From positions 66,365 to 130,364 of the forward strand of contig JAHFMN010000002.1 of assembly GCA_023264445.1 (NCBI GenBank): DNA of 64,000 nucleotides, in the 5' to 3' direction. Below the pieces are notes generated by a model. That model made no database searches. It saw only the letters and a list, made by a program, of their open reading frames with translations, and was not told the DNA's origin. Below, piece after piece: positions 9,634 through 18,774 of the stretch. The number at the start of each line of letters is the position of its first letter. The stretch's first letter is position 1. Source of the stretch: Candidatus Kaiserbacteria bacterium (GTDB lineage Bacteria; Patescibacteriota; Minisyncoccia; Phycocordibacterales; Phycocordibacteraceae). Both the position numbers and the translations under genes were made by a program.

Positions 9634-10317
9634 TTATGCCGCTTTCCGTGCTCCCTCGGGGATTTCCTCGGCAGCGTATGCAGCATCATTTGATGCTTCT
9701 TGCTCTGTCTGTGCTATTTGACTAGCTTGATACTGCATTAGTTGTGCCTCCATCATGGCTTGCTGCCGCTGCTTTTGCTGTAGTGCGCCCTGCTCTTGTT
9801 GATATTTCTTCATCTTCGCCTTTTCTGATTTGATTTGGATGTGGTACATCCGCCACGTGGAAAGGGTGAATGAAGGGATGGCTCCAATAAGAGGGACTTC
9901 AGCGATGGCGAGACTGGCGACGAACCAGAGCGCGTGCCCAGCCTCTTCTTTAAATATGCGCGCGTTCATGAGCATGAGCATGAGACCAATGACGAGCCAG
10001 CCCAAAAACCCGGTAGCCATGGCCATGATGACACCGAATGTCTCAATTGCGCCTACACCGAAGAATCCCAATCCTCCAGCAATAGTGGTGCACCCTGCCG
10101 CCACAGCTTTCCCTGCTATGCCCGCCATGCTCGTCCCGGCCGCACTAGTAGCGGTAGCCGTACAAGCAACCGCAGCAACTACGGGTCCGAAGAACCAGAA
10201 GAATTCAAAAAAAATACGCAGGAGATCGAAAACGACGGCTACCGTAAGGACTGGTGATGCCTTCGGCCAGGTCATTACCGGCGGAGCCGGAGGAGGTTCA
10301 TTTCTTTTCAGTGGCAT
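9634..10317 (-). CDS. Hypothetical membrane protein with Gln-rich coiled C-terminus (T4SS-cluster associated)
   Basis: Several hydrophobic segments; overlaps the end of the VirB4 gene. Confidence 0.65.
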   Translation of the reverse strand: MPLKRNEPPPAPPVMTWPKASPVLTVAVVFDLLRIFFEFFWFFGPVVAAVACTATATSAAGTSMAGIAGKAVAAGCTTIAGGLGFFGVGAIETFGVIMAMATGFLGWLVIGLMLMLMNARIFKEEAGHALWFVASLAIAEVPLIGAIPSFTLSTWRMYHIQIKSEKAKMKKYQQEQGALQQKQRQQAMMEAQLMQYQASQIAQTEQEASNDAAYAAEEIPEGARKAA

Positions 10318-12115
10318 AACGCTCCTTCTCTGCCTTTATCGCAAGGAGCTGGGAAGGATCGGACGTGATGATCTGGTCTTCCGTGTAGCTTGCGACGACC
10401 TTGATAGCAACGTGCTTCAGTCCCGCGAAGAAGAGTCCTTCTCCTACCCCCGCTTCGAGTAGTAGGTATTTTTCCTCATCAGTGAGGTTGAAGGTCTGCT
10501 GTAGCACATCGATCGTCGTTGGGGACTGCTTCAACAAGAGCTGTAATGAAGAGTTCGTGAGAATCGGCCGCCCATAGGGGCTCTTGAGGAAATCTTCCAC
10601 ATCCTGTGTGATGGTACAGACCCCGAGAAAATACTTGCGTCCACGCTTCGCGACAGAGTAGAGGAAGGATGCCGTATCTTCGCTCTTCATCATCCACCAT
10701 GCCTCATCGATAATGAGCAGACGCTTCTTCAGTTCATGGCGGATTTCGTTCCAGATATAGTGAGTGATGATGTACATTGCGACTGACTTCAATTCATCCT
10801 CCATATCGCGCACGGAGAAGACTATGAATTGCTGCTTGATGTCGATGTTGGTCGGTTGATTCATAAATCCCGCCCAGGTGCCGTGAGTGTATTTTGAAAG
10901 GCGTATGACGAGAGATTCGCTCCCTTCCATGCCAGAGAGCACCTGCTCGAAATCGGAGAGGAGCGGTGGTTCCGCACCGGTGAAGTCGACATCTCCAGTG
11001 ATGTCTTTGAGGGCATAGGTTTCGCTCACCGCGCGATCGATGATGGCGTCCTCCTCAGGCGTGAGGCCGCCGAGCATGATGCGGAAGAGCCCGACGAGCG
11101 AGATAATGTTGGAACGTAGGATATCTTTCGGGTCCTCATCGCTTTTTACCGGTGGCAGGTCAAACGGATTGATATGGTGTTCGGAGGAAAGTGAAATATG
11201 GAAAGAGCGCCCACCTGTCGCCTCTGCAAGCTGTTCGTATTCGCGCTCAGGGTCGATGACAATGATATCCGTACCAAACATGAGAGAACGAAGCACTTCA
11301 AGCTTTGTCGCATAGCTCTTTCCGGAGCCGGATTTGGCGAAGACGACGGAATTGTAGTTCTCGAGGGAGAATCGGTCGAAGAGGATGAGCGAGGAGTTAT
11401 GGCGATTGATGCCATAGAGGATGCCGCGGTCGCTCGTGAGATCAAAGGAGACGAATGGAAAGATTGATGAGAGCGGCGAAGAATTCAATTTTGAATTCAC
11501 GAGAAGCTCATCGGTGCCAAGCGGTAGGCAGGAGCGGAATCCCTGTTCCTGCTGAAACAGCGCCGGCTTCGTGTAGACGAGCTTTGCATCAAGGATGCCG
11601 CGTATCTCGCCTTCAGTCTTATCAATTTCCTCCCGGGAATCACCGTAGAGGGCAAGGTAGATGCCGACGTCAAAAAGCTTCTCTTGTGCCTGCTGCAGAC
11701 TATCGCGCAGGCTCTCGAGGTCCTGGTAGGCAGTGTCGAGGAGTGGATCGCGCACGAGTCCTTTTGCTTCACGCTCGCTGATCTGACTCTGTACTTCGGC
11801 CACCTTTTTCTGGAAGCTGCGGAGCGCTTGTTCGGTTTCAACTGGATGGATGAATATCGAAGCATCAAGTACGGTGTCCAGATTGATAATTGGAGAGAAC
11901 CAGCCATCGGAGAGGAATCGCGGGTAGGAAATAGTGTAGAAAGACCGGACGAACTTTTCTCCGAGCTCTAGCTCACGGGAACCGATCTTCAGCGCGGTCG
12001 GGGCGATAGTGTCCACAAGATCCAGCGCCCCTTGCTTGTAAATATCCTTCGGGAGCACGGGAACCACCATCGGGGATTGCTCGTTTTTGCGCTTGAGAAA
12101 ATCAAGTAAAGCCAT
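10298..12115 (-). CDS. VirB4-like type IV secretion ATPase
   Basis: Walker A AKSGSGKS, IDPEREY, Walker B LLIIDEAW, TITQDVEDF; follows prgI-traC-like genes. Confidence 0.92.
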   Translation of the reverse strand: MALLDFLKRKNEQSPMVVPVLPKDIYKQGALDLVDTIAPTALKIGSRELELGEKFVRSFYTISYPRFLSDGWFSPIINLDTVLDASIFIHPVETEQALRSFQKKVAEVQSQISEREAKGLVRDPLLDTAYQDLESLRDSLQQAQEKLFDVGIYLALYGDSREEIDKTEGEIRGILDAKLVYTKPALFQQEQGFRSCLPLGTDELLVNSKLNSSPLSSIFPFVSFDLTSDRGILYGINRHNSSLILFDRFSLENYNSVVFAKSGSGKSYATKLEVLRSLMFGTDIIVIDPEREYEQLAEATGGRSFHISLSSEHHINPFDLPPVKSDEDPKDILRSNIISLVGLFRIMLGGLTPEEDAIIDRAVSETYALKDITGDVDFTGAEPPLLSDFEQVLSGMEGSESLVIRLSKYTHGTWAGFMNQPTNIDIKQQFIVFSVRDMEDELKSVAMYIITHYIWNEIRHELKKRLLIIDEAWWMMKSEDTASFLYSVAKRGRKYFLGVCTITQDVEDFLKSPYGRPILTNSSLQLLLKQSPTTIDVLQQTFNLTDEEKYLLLEAGVGEGLFFAGLKHVAIKVVASYTEDQIITSDPSQLLAIKAEKERYATEKK

Positions 12116-12116
12116 A

Positions 12117-12752
12117 TCAGTTGTCGAGGCGGATAGGATTCTCCAATTCGCCCGGGTTAAACGAGCGATACATGAGCTCAATGACTTCTTCGGTTCCAAG
12201 CGGGACGGCGCGCACACCGGTGCCGGAAAGACTGCTTGCGATAAGCATTAGCCGCTGCTCGAGTTGCGCACGATCTTCTTCAAACGAACTTTCTGCAGCG
12301 GCGCTCTGCGCAGAAGCATTCCCCTTCCGCAAGAAGCCGACGGCGCGCGCGGCGGAGACACGGGGAGCATACGGCACGACGATGTAGAACGATTTCGTCA
12401 TAATGTTCGCGTGGTCGGTGAAGGAGCGGACGAATTCAATATATTCGCGCAACTGAATCCGCATAAGCTCTGTCTTTTGCCCTGGGGCTTTTTCCTCTAG
12501 AAGGGCGAGATACGGGCGCAAATCCATCTTGCGTGAGTTCACGACGATCTGGACGGAGAAATCGATTGTATTGAGGAAATTCTGGAAGCCAAGCGTGATG
12601 GCGCGCTGTTCGTCGGCCGATTTCAATCCGAAGTTGATTGAGGAACAGATGAGTACGCCGCGATAGCCCCCATCCTTCAACACGATGACGCCGTTCCGGA
12701 TCTCCTTTACCGGGACAAATTGCTGCGTTGCTCCTGAAGGTGCGGTTGCCAT
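12117..12752 (-). CDS. TraC-like / VirB4 N-terminal partner protein
   Basis: SSINFGLKSADEQRAITLGFQNFLNTIDFSVQI pattern; located between prgI and virB4. Confidence 0.75.
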   Translation of the reverse strand: MATAPSGATQQFVPVKEIRNGVIVLKDGGYRGVLICSSINFGLKSADEQRAITLGFQNFLNTIDFSVQIVVNSRKMDLRPYLALLEEKAPGQKTELMRIQLREYIEFVRSFTDHANIMTKSFYIVVPYAPRVSAARAVGFLRKGNASAQSAAAESSFEEDRAQLEQRLMLIASSLSGTGVRAVPLGTEEVIELMYRSFNPGELENPIRLDN

Positions 12753-12753
12753 A

Positions 12754-13191
12754 TTAGGATGTGGGCTTTTCACCCCCTCCAGATACATCAAGCGACCATG
12801 CGAGCTCGGAAAGCTTGCCGCGGGTGAGTTTCGGCGTTCTACGCGCACTCTGCGCAGCAGCATCTGCTTGTGCGGCCGCCTGTACTGCAGCACTCTCCCC
12901 TGCCGCCTTCGACTCTTCGCGTTTCCAGAGGAAGAACTTTGCACCGATGTAGTAATTGAAGCCCGCCTCCAACACCTCTATGAAAGGTTTCCCGTTTATC
13001 TTGTAAAACGAAAGGGCCGCTGCGAGTGCTGCGACTGGCACCGAAAGCATGATGGCATACAGTATTGGCAGATAGACGAAGAGGATGACGCAGAGTCCAA
13101 TGCCGCCGGCGACATAAATAAATTGCTTCAGCGTCAAAGGGCCGATAATCTTGTCTTCAACCTCGATAAATTGTGGCACCTGGTACTCCAT
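12754..13191 (-). CDS. PrgI family (VirB3-like) protein
   Basis: VPQFIEVEDKIIGPLTLKQF plus two TMs and KINGKPF. Confidence 0.9.
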   Translation of the reverse strand: MEYQVPQFIEVEDKIIGPLTLKQFIYVAGGIGLCVILFVYLPILYAIMLSVPVAALAAALSFYKINGKPFIEVLEAGFNYYIGAKFFLWKREESKAAGESAAVQAAAQADAAAQSARRTPKLTRGKLSELAWSLDVSGGGEKPTS

Positions 13192-13325
13192 CTCCCACAG
13201 TATAACAGCAGCGAGCGCTCAAGGGCGTGGCCAGTGTTGTTATACTGTATTAGTGTTCCCTGTTCTTTTCGGGAGGTTCTCACATGTATATGTATATCGT
13301 TCATGAAGTGAAAAAAGAGGAGCAT

Positions 13326-13460
13326 GTGAGATGTTCAAAATGCCGTGACACCATCGATCTTTCTACCGAAAGCTACCACAGAGAGGTTGATAGCTATGGT
13401 GTCTCGCTATTTTGGCATCACGAGTGCTGGCATGGACCGTTGCTGCTGCTCATCGATTGA
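13326..13460 (+). CDS. Putative 44-aa zinc-finger microprotein (CxxC...HxxC)
   Basis: GTG start after GAGGAG; MRCSKCRDTIDLSTESYHREVDSYGVSLFWHHECWHGPLLLLID*; TG-n-TATACT at 13238-13246; terminator immediately after. Confidence 0.55.
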   Translation: MRCSKCRDTIDLSTESYHREVDSYGVSLFWHHECWHGPLLLLID

Positions 13461-13485
13461 AGAGGCCTCCAGCCTCTTCTCTTTT
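13459..13485 (+). terminator. Intrinsic terminator
   Basis: GAAGAGGC-CTCCA-GCCTCTTC followed by TCTTTT. Confidence 0.6.
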
Positions 13486-14122
13486 ATAACGGAGAATTCC
13501 CTACGAGAAGGTCGAATACCCAGACGACCAGTCTGAAGAACGGCCCAGCAAACAAGTACGAGAAGGCAAACAAGAAAAGGATAAGTGAAAGCATTCCCGC
13601 CCCGCGGATGCTCTGCTCGATACGCGCAAGACCGCTCGCAAGGTGCCAGGGGAGTATCGCGCGAAGCGTGGTGAAGCCATCCAAAGGTGGAAATGGTATC
13701 AGGTTGAAAAGGCCGAGGAAAAGATTGATAAAGGCGATGGTCGTAGCAAATGAGATTGCGGTCGCATCGAGCCCCACCGCTCCACCGTAGCGAACGATTA
13801 TCCCGAAAATAACGGCGAGCAGGAGATTTGTCGCGCTTCCGGCGATGGCGACTAGTGCCTCACCCCAGCGCTGATTGCGCAGATTGTAGGGGTTATAGGG
13901 CACCGGCTTCGCCCACCCGAAAAGGATGGGAGAATGAGTGAAGATGAGGAGCGCTGGGAGAATGATGGACCCCATCAAATCGATGTGTGAAAGAGGGTTT
14001 AATGTGAGACGCCCGGCGAGCCGTGCAGTCGGGTCTCCGAGCGAGTTGGCGGCATAGCCATGCGCTACTTCATGCGCAATGACAGAAAGGATGAGGACAA
14101 TGAGCGAGAGGATGATTTCCAT
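13484..14122 (-). CDS. Site-2 protease (M50) family metalloprotease
   Basis: HEVAH, GDPTA..GRLTLNP, NLIPFPPLDG; start MEIILS. Confidence 0.93.
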   Translation of the reverse strand: MEIILSLIVLILSVIAHEVAHGYAANSLGDPTARLAGRLTLNPLSHIDLMGSIILPALLIFTHSPILFGWAKPVPYNPYNLRNQRWGEALVAIAGSATNLLLAVIFGIIVRYGGAVGLDATAISFATTIAFINLFLGLFNLIPFPPLDGFTTLRAILPWHLASGLARIEQSIRGAGMLSLILFLFAFSYLFAGPFFRLVVWVFDLLVGNSPL

Positions 14123-14161
14123 GGTTGCCGGTTTCGTATCGTATGCTACCATGCGGCAGTT

Positions 14162-14404
14162 ATGGCACGCGCCTGCGACATCACCGGCAAGAGCACGCAA
14201 ATTGGCGGGCGGTACTCCAACCGCACCCGCGCGACGCAATTCAACCCGACCGGCAAGGTACGCCGCAAGGCCAATCTCCAGAAGCGCCGCATCTACGTAG
14301 CAGAGCTTGGGAAAACAGTCATCGTGGACGTCTCGGTCAAGGGTCTCAAGACCATCAAGAAGCACGGCGCCTACGCCACCCTCAAGAAAGCGGGAGTTCT
14401 CTAG
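14162..14404 (+). CDS. rpmB: 50S ribosomal protein L28
   Basis: MARACDITGK...NLQKRRIY...VSVKGLKTIKK. Confidence 0.9.
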   Translation: MARACDITGKSTQIGGRYSNRTRATQFNPTGKVRRKANLQKRRIYVAELGKTVIVDVSVKGLKTIKKHGAYATLKKAGVL

Positions 14405-14481
14405 CAGACAGTTCGACTTCTCCAGAAATATGAGCTACATTCAAACGGTAGCTCTTTTTCTTTTGCATGTAGGGGTGAAGA

Positions 14482-14700
14482 ATGGAAAATAATCATTTTA
14501 CTCAACTAGCTTCCTTGGTCGCCAAGGTCTACGCGGGGAAAGACTGGCATGCGTTGTCTCTACGAGAGAGAGAAATCGTGGGCATACTTGAGCTCACGGG
14601 GTATCTCGTGGTCAACGATCCTCCCAACGGTTTCGTCGGCCCAGCTGTTCCCCGACCGCATGATCGCCAACAGCAGTTGGACCTGGTCCACCACCAGTAA
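14482..14700 (+). CDS. Small hypothetical protein (72 aa)
   Basis: SD-like AGGGGTG upstream; own terminator downstream. Confidence 0.5.
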   Translation: MENNHFTQLASLVAKVYAGKDWHALSLREREIVGILELTGYLVVNDPPNGFVGPAVPRPHDRQQQLDLVHHQ

Positions 14701-14703
14701 CGC

Positions 14704-14728
14704 GGGCGCCTCTCTAGAAGAGGCGCCC
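14704..14728 (+). terminator. Stem-loop/terminator
   Basis: GGGCGCCTCT-CTAGA-AGAGGCGCCC, 10-bp stem; U-tract weak. Confidence 0.5.
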
Positions 14729-14770
14729 AACTCATTTCATAGCAACCAGGCGCTATGCTACATTTCATCT

Positions 14771-15376
14771 ATGACGTACACACCAAGAGTATTTAATTTA
14801 CCAGTGCTTGAGGGGATTTCAGAAAAGCAGATTAAAGTGCATCTCGCGCTCTACGAGGGCTATGTGAAGCATGTGAATCTCATCATGGGCATGTCCCAGA
14901 TGTACGGAAAGACCGATGATGAAGGCGGTAAGTATTCTCTCGCTGAATTCCGCCGCCGATTCGGTTTTGAGTTCGATGGGATGCGCATGCATGAATACTA
15001 TTTTGAGCAGTTTGAGGGCGAGAAAGGAGGAAGCCCCGATTCAGTGCTTGCGAAAGCGGCGGCCGAGAAATACGGAAGCGGCGAAGAATTTCTTGCACAC
15101 GTGAGGCAAGTGGCAGCGACTCGCGGCATCGGCTGGGTAGTGGTATATGCCGATCCCGTCGGAAAGACTATCCATACGGTATTCGTCGGCGACCACGAGT
15201 TTGGCCAGCTTTCCGGCCTCCCTGTCCTCCTCGCACTCGATCTCTGGGAGCATGCGTACATGGTGGACTATGTGCCAGCCGACAAGAAAAATTATATTGA
15301 TGCGTTCTTCGCCAATCTCAATTGGAGCGTCGTTGAGAAGCGTTTTGACGAGGCGATGAAAATAAGCGCCGCATAA
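14771..15376 (+). CDS. Fe/Mn superoxide dismutase
   Basis: Metal ligands H (HLALYEGY), H (MHEYYF) and DLWEHAY; GIGWV. Confidence 0.92.
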   Translation: MTYTPRVFNLPVLEGISEKQIKVHLALYEGYVKHVNLIMGMSQMYGKTDDEGGKYSLAEFRRRFGFEFDGMRMHEYYFEQFEGEKGGSPDSVLAKAAAEKYGSGEEFLAHVRQVAATRGIGWVVVYADPVGKTIHTVFVGDHEFGQLSGLPVLLALDLWEHAYMVDYVPADKKNYIDAFFANLNWSVVEKRFDEAMKISAA

Positions 15377-16788
15377 GCGGCGAGGACGAGCAGGAACGGA
15401 AAACGCTCGATAGTAAAGGCCGCAAACGGGAGCGCGGAGCTTTTCTCCGCGATAAAGATGAAGTATTTCATGAGTACGTACACGGGATAGCCCGCGATTT
15501 TTGCAATGAGCAGCACGAAAGGCCCGATGGTCATGCCGACGACGCCCGCGAGCGCGGCGAAAGCCATTGCAAATGGCACAAACGGATTCACAAGCAGATT
15601 CGCAGGCAGAGCGACGAGCGAGAAGAGACCGATGTCGTAAAGAAGAAGCGGTAATACCGAGATCTGCGCCGCGAGCGTCGTCGCGACAATGTTCCTCCAG
15701 AAGGAGTGCAAACGCATCAAGCGTGCTTCGATGAGAGGCGAAAGCCAGATAATTCCCGCAGTCGCGGCAACCGAGAGGCCGAATCCGGGGTCGAAGACGA
15801 GAAAGAGAGGATTCCAGATGAGCATCAAGAGGACCGCCACAAGAAGCGCGCGGCTCGCGGCGTACGAGCGACCTGTCGCGCGTGCATAGAGTGCGATGAT
15901 GGCCATGATGGCGGCGCGTATGGCCGTGGCAGAGATACCTGCAATGCCGACAAAGAGGAGGAGTGCCGCGCCGCCGGCGAAAAACTGCAGGCGGCGCGGG
16001 AGCTGTAGGAGTACGAAAAAAGCCATCACCCACTCGGCCACGACCATGATGTTGTATCCGGAGAGGACGATGATTTGCACGAGCCCCGAGCGCGTGAAGG
16101 CATCCTTCAGTGCAGTCCCTAGCCCCTCCTTCCCGCCGATGACGATGCCGCCCGCAAGCGCCGAAGCGGGCTCCGGCAAGGCAAGAGCAAGTCCATCGAG
16201 GAATGAATGCTTAATGCGCGCGAGCGCGGCAGGAATCGAGTACCAAGGCGCGGGCTCTACCGTATATATGGACCCGAATTGGATAAGGAAGCGGATATTC
16301 CGCGCCTCTAGGTATTTATCGTAGCGGAAGGTACGTCCGCCATCCGTTTCAAACGCCTGCGGCAGAGAAAGCGTCCCGTATACGCGCACGCGGTCGCCGA
16401 CGCGCACATCGGCAGAAAGCGGCATGACCGCAAGTGCGCCGACCTTCTCACTACCCTTCTCCACAACGAGCGCGATGCGCTGATTCTTCTCGCGCACATC
16501 TGGATCGCTCACGACCACTCCGTCATACTGCACACGATGCCGCAGGTCGCTCGCAAATGCTTGAGGCAACGGTGTGTCAGCAATCGTCGCACGCACCGTT
16601 CCGAACACGACGCAGATACAAAACACCGCACCAAGTGAGTACACAAGGCGCGGCTTCAAAAACGCCGCGCCGCCAAACAGCGCCGCGAGTAGCATTACAA
16701 ACAAAACTGCCTCCCATCCAAAATTAAAAACCGACTGCACCCCCACCCCACCCACAAACCCTGCAACAATGGCGATAAGAGCCTCCAT
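15292..16788 (-). CDS. comEC: ComEC/Rec2 competence DNA-uptake channel (no beta-lactamase domain)
   Basis: OB-like region, F..SGL..I.VLSGYN, RAAIM, DPGFGLS..AT, many TMs. Confidence 0.9.
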   Translation of the reverse strand: MEALIAIVAGFVGGVGVQSVFNFGWEAVLFVMLLAALFGGAAFLKPRLVYSLGAVFCICVVFGTVRATIADTPLPQAFASDLRHRVQYDGVVVSDPDVREKNQRIALVVEKGSEKVGALAVMPLSADVRVGDRVRVYGTLSLPQAFETDGGRTFRYDKYLEARNIRFLIQFGSIYTVEPAPWYSIPAALARIKHSFLDGLALALPEPASALAGGIVIGGKEGLGTALKDAFTRSGLVQIIVLSGYNIMVVAEWVMAFFVLLQLPRRLQFFAGGAALLLFVGIAGISATAIRAAIMAIIALYARATGRSYAASRALLVAVLLMLIWNPLFLVFDPGFGLSVAATAGIIWLSPLIEARLMRLHSFWRNIVATTLAAQISVLPLLLYDIGLFSLVALPANLLVNPFVPFAMAFAALAGVVGMTIGPFVLLIAKIAGYPVYVLMKYFIFIAEKSSALPFAAFTIERFPFLLVLAAYAALIFIASSKRFSTTLQLRLAKNASI

Positions 16789-16864
16789 AGTTCTATGCTA
16801 CCGCGGAACAAGCACAACACTCTCATTAGGATCGCGCTTCCACAAGGCCCACCCACAAAGACTC

Positions 16865-16906
16865 TTGACGCGCTCGCCATGCTGGTATAACATATCCGTT
16901 ATGTTA
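16865..16906 (+). promoter_or_regulatory. Sigma70-like promoter with overlapping operator palindrome for the TA operon
   Basis: TTGACG 16865-16870; TATAAC/TAACAT at 16886-16893; IR TAACATA (16888-16894)-N5-TATGTTA (16900-16906). Confidence 0.6.
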
Positions 16907-16919
16907 GCAAAAGCACCTT

Positions 16920-17291
16920 ATGGAATATAACTTTTGGGTAAACCAACAAGGGCGGTCCCCCGTCCTTGAAGACCTAAAAGTGGTGTCCAGTGCCGATGCT
17001 AACTCAGGAAAGGCCTACTGGCTTCAGTTAAGTAAGGTCAGGAAGTATTCCTATCCACAAATGGCGGGGAAACTCATTAAAAAGCTTAAAGGCGAAAACC
17101 CATATAAGATTTTCGAGCTGAGATTTTCCCTGCCCCGGAAGATAGCGAGGACCTTCTGTGTTATTGGACGGGATTCAACATTGTGGCTGCTGCACCTAGT
17201 TATTAAGAAAAAAGATGGAACGAAGCATTCCGACATAAGGGTTGCCGAAGAAAGAGCAGGAATCCTTGAGCGCGCAATTCATTATTTATAA
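16920..17291 (+). CDS. RelE/HigB-superfamily (Gp49-like) toxin
   Basis: G.SPV...KKLKG...IFELR...R.F...LLH..IKK...DIRVAEER pattern; upstream of an HTH gene. Confidence 0.8.
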   Translation: MEYNFWVNQQGRSPVLEDLKVVSSADANSGKAYWLQLSKVRKYSYPQMAGKLIKKLKGENPYKIFELRFSLPRKIARTFCVIGRDSTLWLLHLVIKKKDGTKHSDIRVAEERAGILERAIHYL

Positions 17292-17302
17292 ACGAAGATT
17301 AT

Positions 17303-17755
17303 ATGAAGATCCAACACGCAAAAGAAATATTGCTTGGAGATGACAAAATCCGGAAATCATTTGAGAAAAATGATTTGGACAGCATCAAAATAAATGTTGG
17401 TCTGCAAATTCTTGAATTGAGGCTAATTAAAAATCTTACCCAGAAACAATTGGCTAAGAAGATTGGTACTAAACAGCCCAGCATCGCGCGCGTCGAAAGG
17501 GGAGCTACTGCTCCGAGCTTAACGTTCCTCTATAAGATTGCATCTGCAGTTGGTACGGACTTGATTCCACCAAAATTTGCAATCGTTGAAGAAAACGAAC
17601 TCCGAGATCAACTTAATTCGCTTGTGGTCGAGTCAGTCTTCCGTATTGCTGAGCACAAAACGGAGCCAACGGATAACTACAGAGTCTCCCAGGAAAGTAG
17701 AAATATTATTGGAAGCTCCACCAGTCCATTAGTCAATGCAAATAAATTCATATGA
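17303..17755 (+). CDS. XRE/HigA-type HTH antitoxin with long C-terminal extension
   Basis: LTQKQLAKKIGTKQPSIARVERGATAPSL HTH, then about 55 extra residues. Confidence 0.85.
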   Translation: MKIQHAKEILLGDDKIRKSFEKNDLDSIKINVGLQILELRLIKNLTQKQLAKKIGTKQPSIARVERGATAPSLTFLYKIASAVGTDLIPPKFAIVEENELRDQLNSLVVESVFRIAEHKTEPTDNYRVSQESRNIIGSSTSPLVNANKFI

Positions 17756-18219
17756 AGAACAGAATTCGTTACATGGGAGGAATTATCTGCGGATCATCCT
17801 CCATTGATCAAGGAACACAAAACCTCTCGGCGTTTAATTTCATTGATCAGGTTACTGCAGATATAAAATCCACCGACCCGATAAAGACCACAAAGTCACT
17901 AGAAAAAATTACCATCCCCTTTTCTTTCCAGGTTATTTCTCTATGGAAGAGAAGTAACGTTTCTGATTTCGGAACGGAAATAAAAGGAACCGCCATTATC
18001 GAAGAGATCGATCCCCAGGGAAAAATTCTACAAACAATTCCCGTTGAATTTCTAATTCCTGTGACGGCAATAAGAGCACGACATATCTTAAAAGTACAAG
18101 GAATGATGGTCAGCACCACAGGGGAATATTGCTTTCAGTTTAGAGAGGTTGACGAAAAAGGCGAACGGTCCGAACCTATCGCAAAGCTTTGTTTTGATGT
18201 CGTTCTTAATAAATCTTAA
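17752..18219 (+). CDS. Hypothetical beta-rich protein, DUF6941-like
   Basis: IIC..SSID..T.NLS.FN.ID...DPQGKIL...GEY.F pattern recognised by eye; ATGA overlap with the antitoxin. Confidence 0.6.
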   Translation: MKNRIRYMGGIICGSSSIDQGTQNLSAFNFIDQVTADIKSTDPIKTTKSLEKITIPFSFQVISLWKRSNVSDFGTEIKGTAIIEEIDPQGKILQTIPVEFLIPVTAIRARHILKVQGMMVSTTGEYCFQFREVDEKGERSEPIAKLCFDVVLNKS

Positions 18220-18242
18220 AATCTAACAGCAAGGAGGTGGTG

Positions 18243-18662
18243 TCACGCACCGCGGTCCATGGCGGCGTTGGCGAGGGCGTCGGCGTCGGAGTTTTCGGCG
18301 CGCGGGACGTGCGCAAAGGAGACCGTGCCGAAGGCGGCGGCGTTGTGCGCGAGGCGCGCCTGCTGTTCCTTCATGACTGGATGCTTCACCTTATAAAGCC
18401 CGTTCATCTGCTTCACGACGAGCTCGCTATCCATCTTCACCACGACCTCCGTCTTACCGCGCTTCCCTTCCGGGACGAGCTTCAAGAGCTCTTCAAAGGC
18501 GAGGATGACCGCTTCGTATTCTGCGAAGTTGTTGGTGCGCGTTCCGAGGAATTTGGAGACGCTCGCGACTGAATTGCCGAGCTCGTCGCGTATCATCGCG
18601 CCCGCGCCCGCTGGCCCCGGGTTGCTCCGCGAGCCGCCATCGGCATGAATAGTGAATTTCAT
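18243..18662 (-). CDS. rnhA: Ribonuclease HI family
   Basis: DGGSRSNPGPAGAG, TNNFAEYEA, DSELVVKQ, HVPRAENSDADALAN. Confidence 0.93.
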   Translation of the reverse strand: MKFTIHADGGSRSNPGPAGAGAMIRDELGNSVASVSKFLGTRTNNFAEYEAVILAFEELLKLVPEGKRGKTEVVVKMDSELVVKQMNGLYKVKHPVMKEQQARLAHNAAAFGTVSFAHVPRAENSDADALANAAMDRGA

Positions 18663-18774
18663 GCGCGTACTATACACCCAGTATCATTCGGCAGAATAAT
18701 ACGATATTGACAATCATCTTTTAAAATTGTTAAGATGAAGTCTGACCCACAATGCTCTTCGAAAGGAGGTTTAG

